DNA of 64,000 bases from Sporopachydermia quercuum (taxonomy: Eukaryota). The notes under the pieces are model-generated. The model searched no databases and had not been told where the DNA came from. It saw nothing but the letters and a program-made list of their open reading frames with translations. Both the position numbers and the translations under genes were made by a program. This document shows, in pieces, positions 59,901-64,000 of the stretch (position 1 is its first letter; every line of letters begins with the position of its first letter). Location: NCBI GenBank assembly GCA_001599295.1, contig BCGN01000005.1:124001-188000 (forward strand), in the 5' to 3' direction.

Positions 59901-62856
59901 TAAGACTGTAGAAAAGTATGGTCTGGCCAGGACTTCTTCTATAAACTCCTTGCAATCCTCCTGTCTGTTCCCAATAAAACTTCGCGTAGTTAACTGTCAC
60001 CAAAACAAATAAACGTTTTTAGTTTTCAATTGAGTTCTGACTGGAAAATTTATCAATTAAACAAAAACTTTACCTTGAGTTAAACCCGAAAAGTGATCCA
60101 GATCAGGAAATTTTAATTATTATTTAAACAAAACGGTTACTTAATCTGTACTGTAAATTCTAAACCTCTATAACCTTTCATTAAGTTCGTATCATCATCT
60201 TGTGTGATTCAATCTATTACGTACTCAACTGTTAGTATACTCGTACTATAAAATTACTATAAGTGTCAAGATGAATAAGTTCTATTAGTAACGGATTGCA
60301 ATTTTCGTAATTGATCAATCAGTCGAAAGCTAAAGAGAGCCGATGACATACAGATGGATCAGTAATGATAATCTAATAAAGTGAAGTACATTTCGACAGC
60401 TCCTAGGAATCATGAAAGATTAAAATTCTGTTATGTCTGTTAGTAAGCGAACATACCGATGATGAAACATCGAACTCTTTGACTTAGTTCTTACAAAATC
60501 CAGCTTGAGCTGTTTGCTTTTTGACAACGCGTCACTGCATGAACAATGGTCTTGGATTTACAGTCAGTTCAAGTAAACTTCAATGATGAAACAAGTGTAA
60601 TATGCAGTGAAACGTTCTACCGTGTTTCACAAGTTCCTGCTGCACTTTCTAGGAGTTCGGACTAGCTTTGGCTCTTTCTCTGCAATAGGAGAATTTTAAA
60701 GTTAGCCTTTCTACTTTCCTAATTTTCACTGCTTNTTGATACGTGAATATTAAGCCTTTGTATTTAAGTTTCGAAAGATTGATTGATTTACTTGAGACTT
60801 ATATTTTNTTTTCCTATAGGTAAAAACACTTTGACTATCAGCCCCCTGAAGGAAACAATTTTGGTCCACTAGTGAATACATCAACACTCGACCCTCTGCA
60901 AACTTGTGAAATATTCTTTGAACTCTCCTCCCTCTATTATTCTGAGCAGCTCCCCGATTAAAATGTTAATGAAGAAAATTCTAGTATTTCTTTTACCCTC
61001 TTTTTTATTTTTAGTTTTTAGGAGAAGCACAGTGGAACGACGAATCTGACATGTTCAACGGAATGTTTGACATTCTTACATCTGTACGATTACTGGTAAT
61101 ATGCAATATATGGAAAAGAAAAAGCTCTTCCATAAAGTAGGTATTGAATCTATGTTATCTTGTTATGTATTGGATCATACCAACTGTACCCCATTGGCTT
61201 CAGTAGTAGATTACCACAGAAAAACAAGGAAACCATTTGATTGGAACACACAGCTAGTGCTACTTAATAGGAATTATTCTCATTCTATTTGTTATATGCA
61301 AGCTCCTTATTTCAAAGCAATCAATGTGCCATACTTACATTAAAAGGTACCTAAAGAAATGATGGCAACTTTTCCAACCAGTTTCTTTGCCCCATAGCTC
61401 TCGAGTTACTGAAGTGAATATAAATAAAATCAAGTAACTATTGGGTTTTCGTAGTTTTATTGATCAGATTATTGTGTATGTTTTGGTTTTAATAGAGCTG
61501 GTAAACAAGTCAATTAATTTATCTTTACTTCATATTTTTGGAAATAACTTGAAGCCAAACGTTTTTAACTTGGAGTGACCTGGAATGTTTTCCGCTGAAT
61601 GCAACAACAGAAGAACAATGCTGTATCTGTTTACATCTTCTTAAATCTAACTAACTTTCTTTCACTCTTAGCGAAATAAACTGAAAGAATGTAAATGGAG
61701 ACAGTGAATTCACAAGTCCCAAGATTAATATATATGAACCTAACTCTGCTCATCAAGCAAGGATGAATACTCGAATGTCGCCAAGGTTTATACTAAGCGA
61801 CCAAAAATCATATCTTTCCTTGTGAAGAAATCTCGATCAACAAATTCCGAAATGGATCAAAAGTTTTATAAGGTACATTTAGAATGAAATTTAAAAACAT
61901 TCTATAAATGGTCAGTAATTGAATAGCGACAACTGATCTCTAGTGTGAATAGCAGTTAGATAAGTGATAATTAATCTTCACATAACTAAAAAAAAAAGTC
62001 AGTGTACCAATCAAAAAATGATTCCTTCTTTCTCATAATAATTATGAATCAATGTCTAGCTCATCGAAGATGCACCGTATCCAGGAAGGAATCTAGTAAT
62101 CATTGCACCATCAATCTCAGCAAAATTGTCATGAACCACTATGATTCACAGGAATCTTAAAAAGATGTAGGATAAAGTTAAAGTTAAAGTGAAGTTTGTT
62201 GTCACAATTAGCCTAACAATTTGATAAACCTTATTCATAATACTTACGTTAAACACGAATTAAAGTTGGAGAAGTGTAATAAGGGTCTTCACTAATTTGA
62301 TCCTGCTCGTAAGTCTTACAAAACAACTTGTTATGTAACGAGGTTTTCGATGTCTCGGTCCATCGATAAATAAATAAATAGAGGATTCAGGTAAAAAAGG
62401 AGGACATACGATTCAGGAGCCGTTTTTTAATACTCTACTAAAAGTAAATGATTAGGAACCGAAAGTGAAATCGATGAAAAATATAGCTAACNCAGTTGAA
62501 TCTATCAGTAGGATAAACCAACCATCACAGCGAACACTTTATAGTCCACAAGCTTACTAATGAATTTCGAATAGAAATATTCTCACAACCTCAACAACAA
62601 GTCAGAACTGATATAGGGCATGTGGCAAATCCATCTATACTCAAGCAATGCCAATCATTTACGATAAACATCAACATGTAGAATTACCACTTATCTCTAT
62701 TACGTTACAAAAGTTTCCGCTATATAACATAAAGCACTTGCTTGTATTCTTAAAAACAAGAGATTCCAAATAACAAAACTATGAGTCGAGGTGCTGTAAA
62801 CAACGAGCTTATACCCAATCGGAACAATTACATATGTATTGAATTTATCACCATTT

Positions 62857-63843
62857 TCAGTAGACGAATGGGATATAAATATATCTATCCTTAGGATAAG
62901 CATCGCCAAACTGTCTGATGTAATTAGAATGTTTCTTTTCGGCCCAGAAAAACATTTGGGTGGTTGAAACAGCAAAAAATAAGAAAGCTGACCAATTTCC
63001 AACAAACAAACTGAACGCTAACCAAGAAAGAGATTCGAATACATAGTTAGGACAAGAGAACAATGAAAATCCATAACCATAAGGAATCTTTCTTTCCTTA
63101 GAGCCATCCTTTCTCAATCCTGCAAGATTCAAATGAGTTATTAAGTTAGATACTTCTGCAAAAAAGAAAAGGTAAAGCAAAACGCGAGCATTAAACACTG
63201 TTTTGTAGTCAAAAGTAAAGAAAATAAGGCTTCCGTAACCACCAAAAGAATTCTTTAAAGAATCAGGTAACTCACTAGGTGCAGGTGCGTAAATGAAAAA
63301 CGATAACAAGACACCAGACAAAATCCAGTAATGGAATGAGTTTTTGAATACATTGAACAAAGGCATCGTACTTAAAGAGAACTTATGAACAAATAGAGTC
63401 TCAAATTCTCTTTTGAGGAAATGCAAGAGCACTAATACTAAAGCAGCTATTTGAGTATGAGTTTTTCTATAAGGATCAATTCCAAGAATCTTATACTCAT
63501 AGAAGAATAATAATGGATGAATAAACAAAGGTCCAAAGTATTCAATCAAAAACACAGTTCTCCAGCCAATTTGAGGACCCAAATCCTTAACGAGAATCTC
63601 GACCGATGATACTTTTTTACCTCCTAAATAACTTCCAATTGTCCTATCATCATTTTGCAAAACAATGGTTCCATCAGCAATTGCCTTATCCTTANCTGTC
63701 AATCTTATTCTGTTGATGTCAAGTTTAGCTTGCTTAGCGATCAATGAACGAAGGGCACCAACAGAGTCTTCTAATCCTAGATCCACAGTGGTTTTAGCCA
63801 AGTTCACTGACTTTGACCGTGACTTTAGTATAATTTCTGGCAT
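62857..63843 (-). CDS. TSC13: Very-long-chain enoyl-CoA reductase
   Basis: Ubiquitin-like N-terminus, VKDLGPQIGWRTVFLIEYFGPL, HFLKREFETLFVHKFS.STMPLFNVFKNSFHYW and SCPNYVFE. Confidence 0.95.
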   Translation of the reverse strand: MPEIILKSRSKSVNLAKTTVDLGLEDSVGALRSLIAKQAKLDINRIRLTXKDKAIADGTIVLQNDDRTIGSYLGGKKVSSVEILVKDLGPQIGWRTVFLIEYFGPLFIHPLLFFYEYKILGIDPYRKTHTQIAALVLVLLHFLKREFETLFVHKFSLSTMPLFNVFKNSFHYWILSGVLLSFFIYAPAPSELPDSLKNSFGGYGSLIFFTFDYKTVFNARVLLYLFFFAEVSNLITHLNLAGLRKDGSKERKIPYGYGFSLFSCPNYVFESLSWLAFSLFVGNWSAFLFFAVSTTQMFFWAEKKHSNYIRQFGDAYPKDRYIYIPFVY

Positions 63844-64000
63844 CGTAGTTATTTATCACTACTTCTTACACTTTAACCCCGTTGTGCTTCGTTAGTTATC
63901 GTGCCTGTATGATAATTCAGAGGTAAGAAGTAGTCACAAGAAGTGAAAAAAATAATGACCCAACATACCTTCTAATCCTTTTGTGTTTAGACGTAAAAAC

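Noticed and set aside
1..64000. Transposons, LTRs, CRISPR arrays, rRNA, or prokaryotic/viral genes
   Set aside because: No transposase, RT or integrase ORFs, long direct or terminal repeats, regularly spaced arrays or rRNA sequence were seen. Highly decayed elements cannot be excluded by eye.

Overview
Eukaryotic, AT-rich yeast chromosome segment, most likely a non-CUG-clade Saccharomycotina. Evidence for this: short GTAAGT/GTATGT...(T/G)CTAAC...YAG introns, CTG read as Leu at a conserved Brr2 position, and gene neighbourhoods shared with S. cerevisiae. It carries about 23 protein-coding genes. The housekeeping set is BRR2 (truncated at the left edge), PDA1, PHO4-type bHLH, FAF1-HIS6-RPB3, NAT3-SCD6-ANT1-LisH/WD40-RPS23-SPN1-TOM5, CRZ1, TRM12/TYW2, CAB2, SAM50 and TSC13. 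There is also an intron-containing tRNA-Leu(CAA) and a snR52-like C/D snoRNA inside the SCD6 intron. The most unusual gene encodes a secreted, non-catalytic protein of three tandem six-cysteine CBM1 cellulose-binding modules. It lies beside an HXT-type sugar transporter in a gene-poor block (about 52.7-62.8 kb). Other points of note: a clear Mis18 homologue, a divergent 1463-aa WDR7/Rabconnectin-3beta-like protein, a DUF1770 (Atg43-like) protein, a 29-bp CCG-N14-CGG element about 230 bp upstream of both NAT3 and SAM50, and a hairpin-rich, Sm-site-ended stretch between PDA1 and PHO4. Nine genes needed manual intron joining and are split or truncated in the ORF track. Scattered single N bases suggest a consensus or heterozygous assembly. 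All homology calls come from motif recognition by eye; no database search was run.
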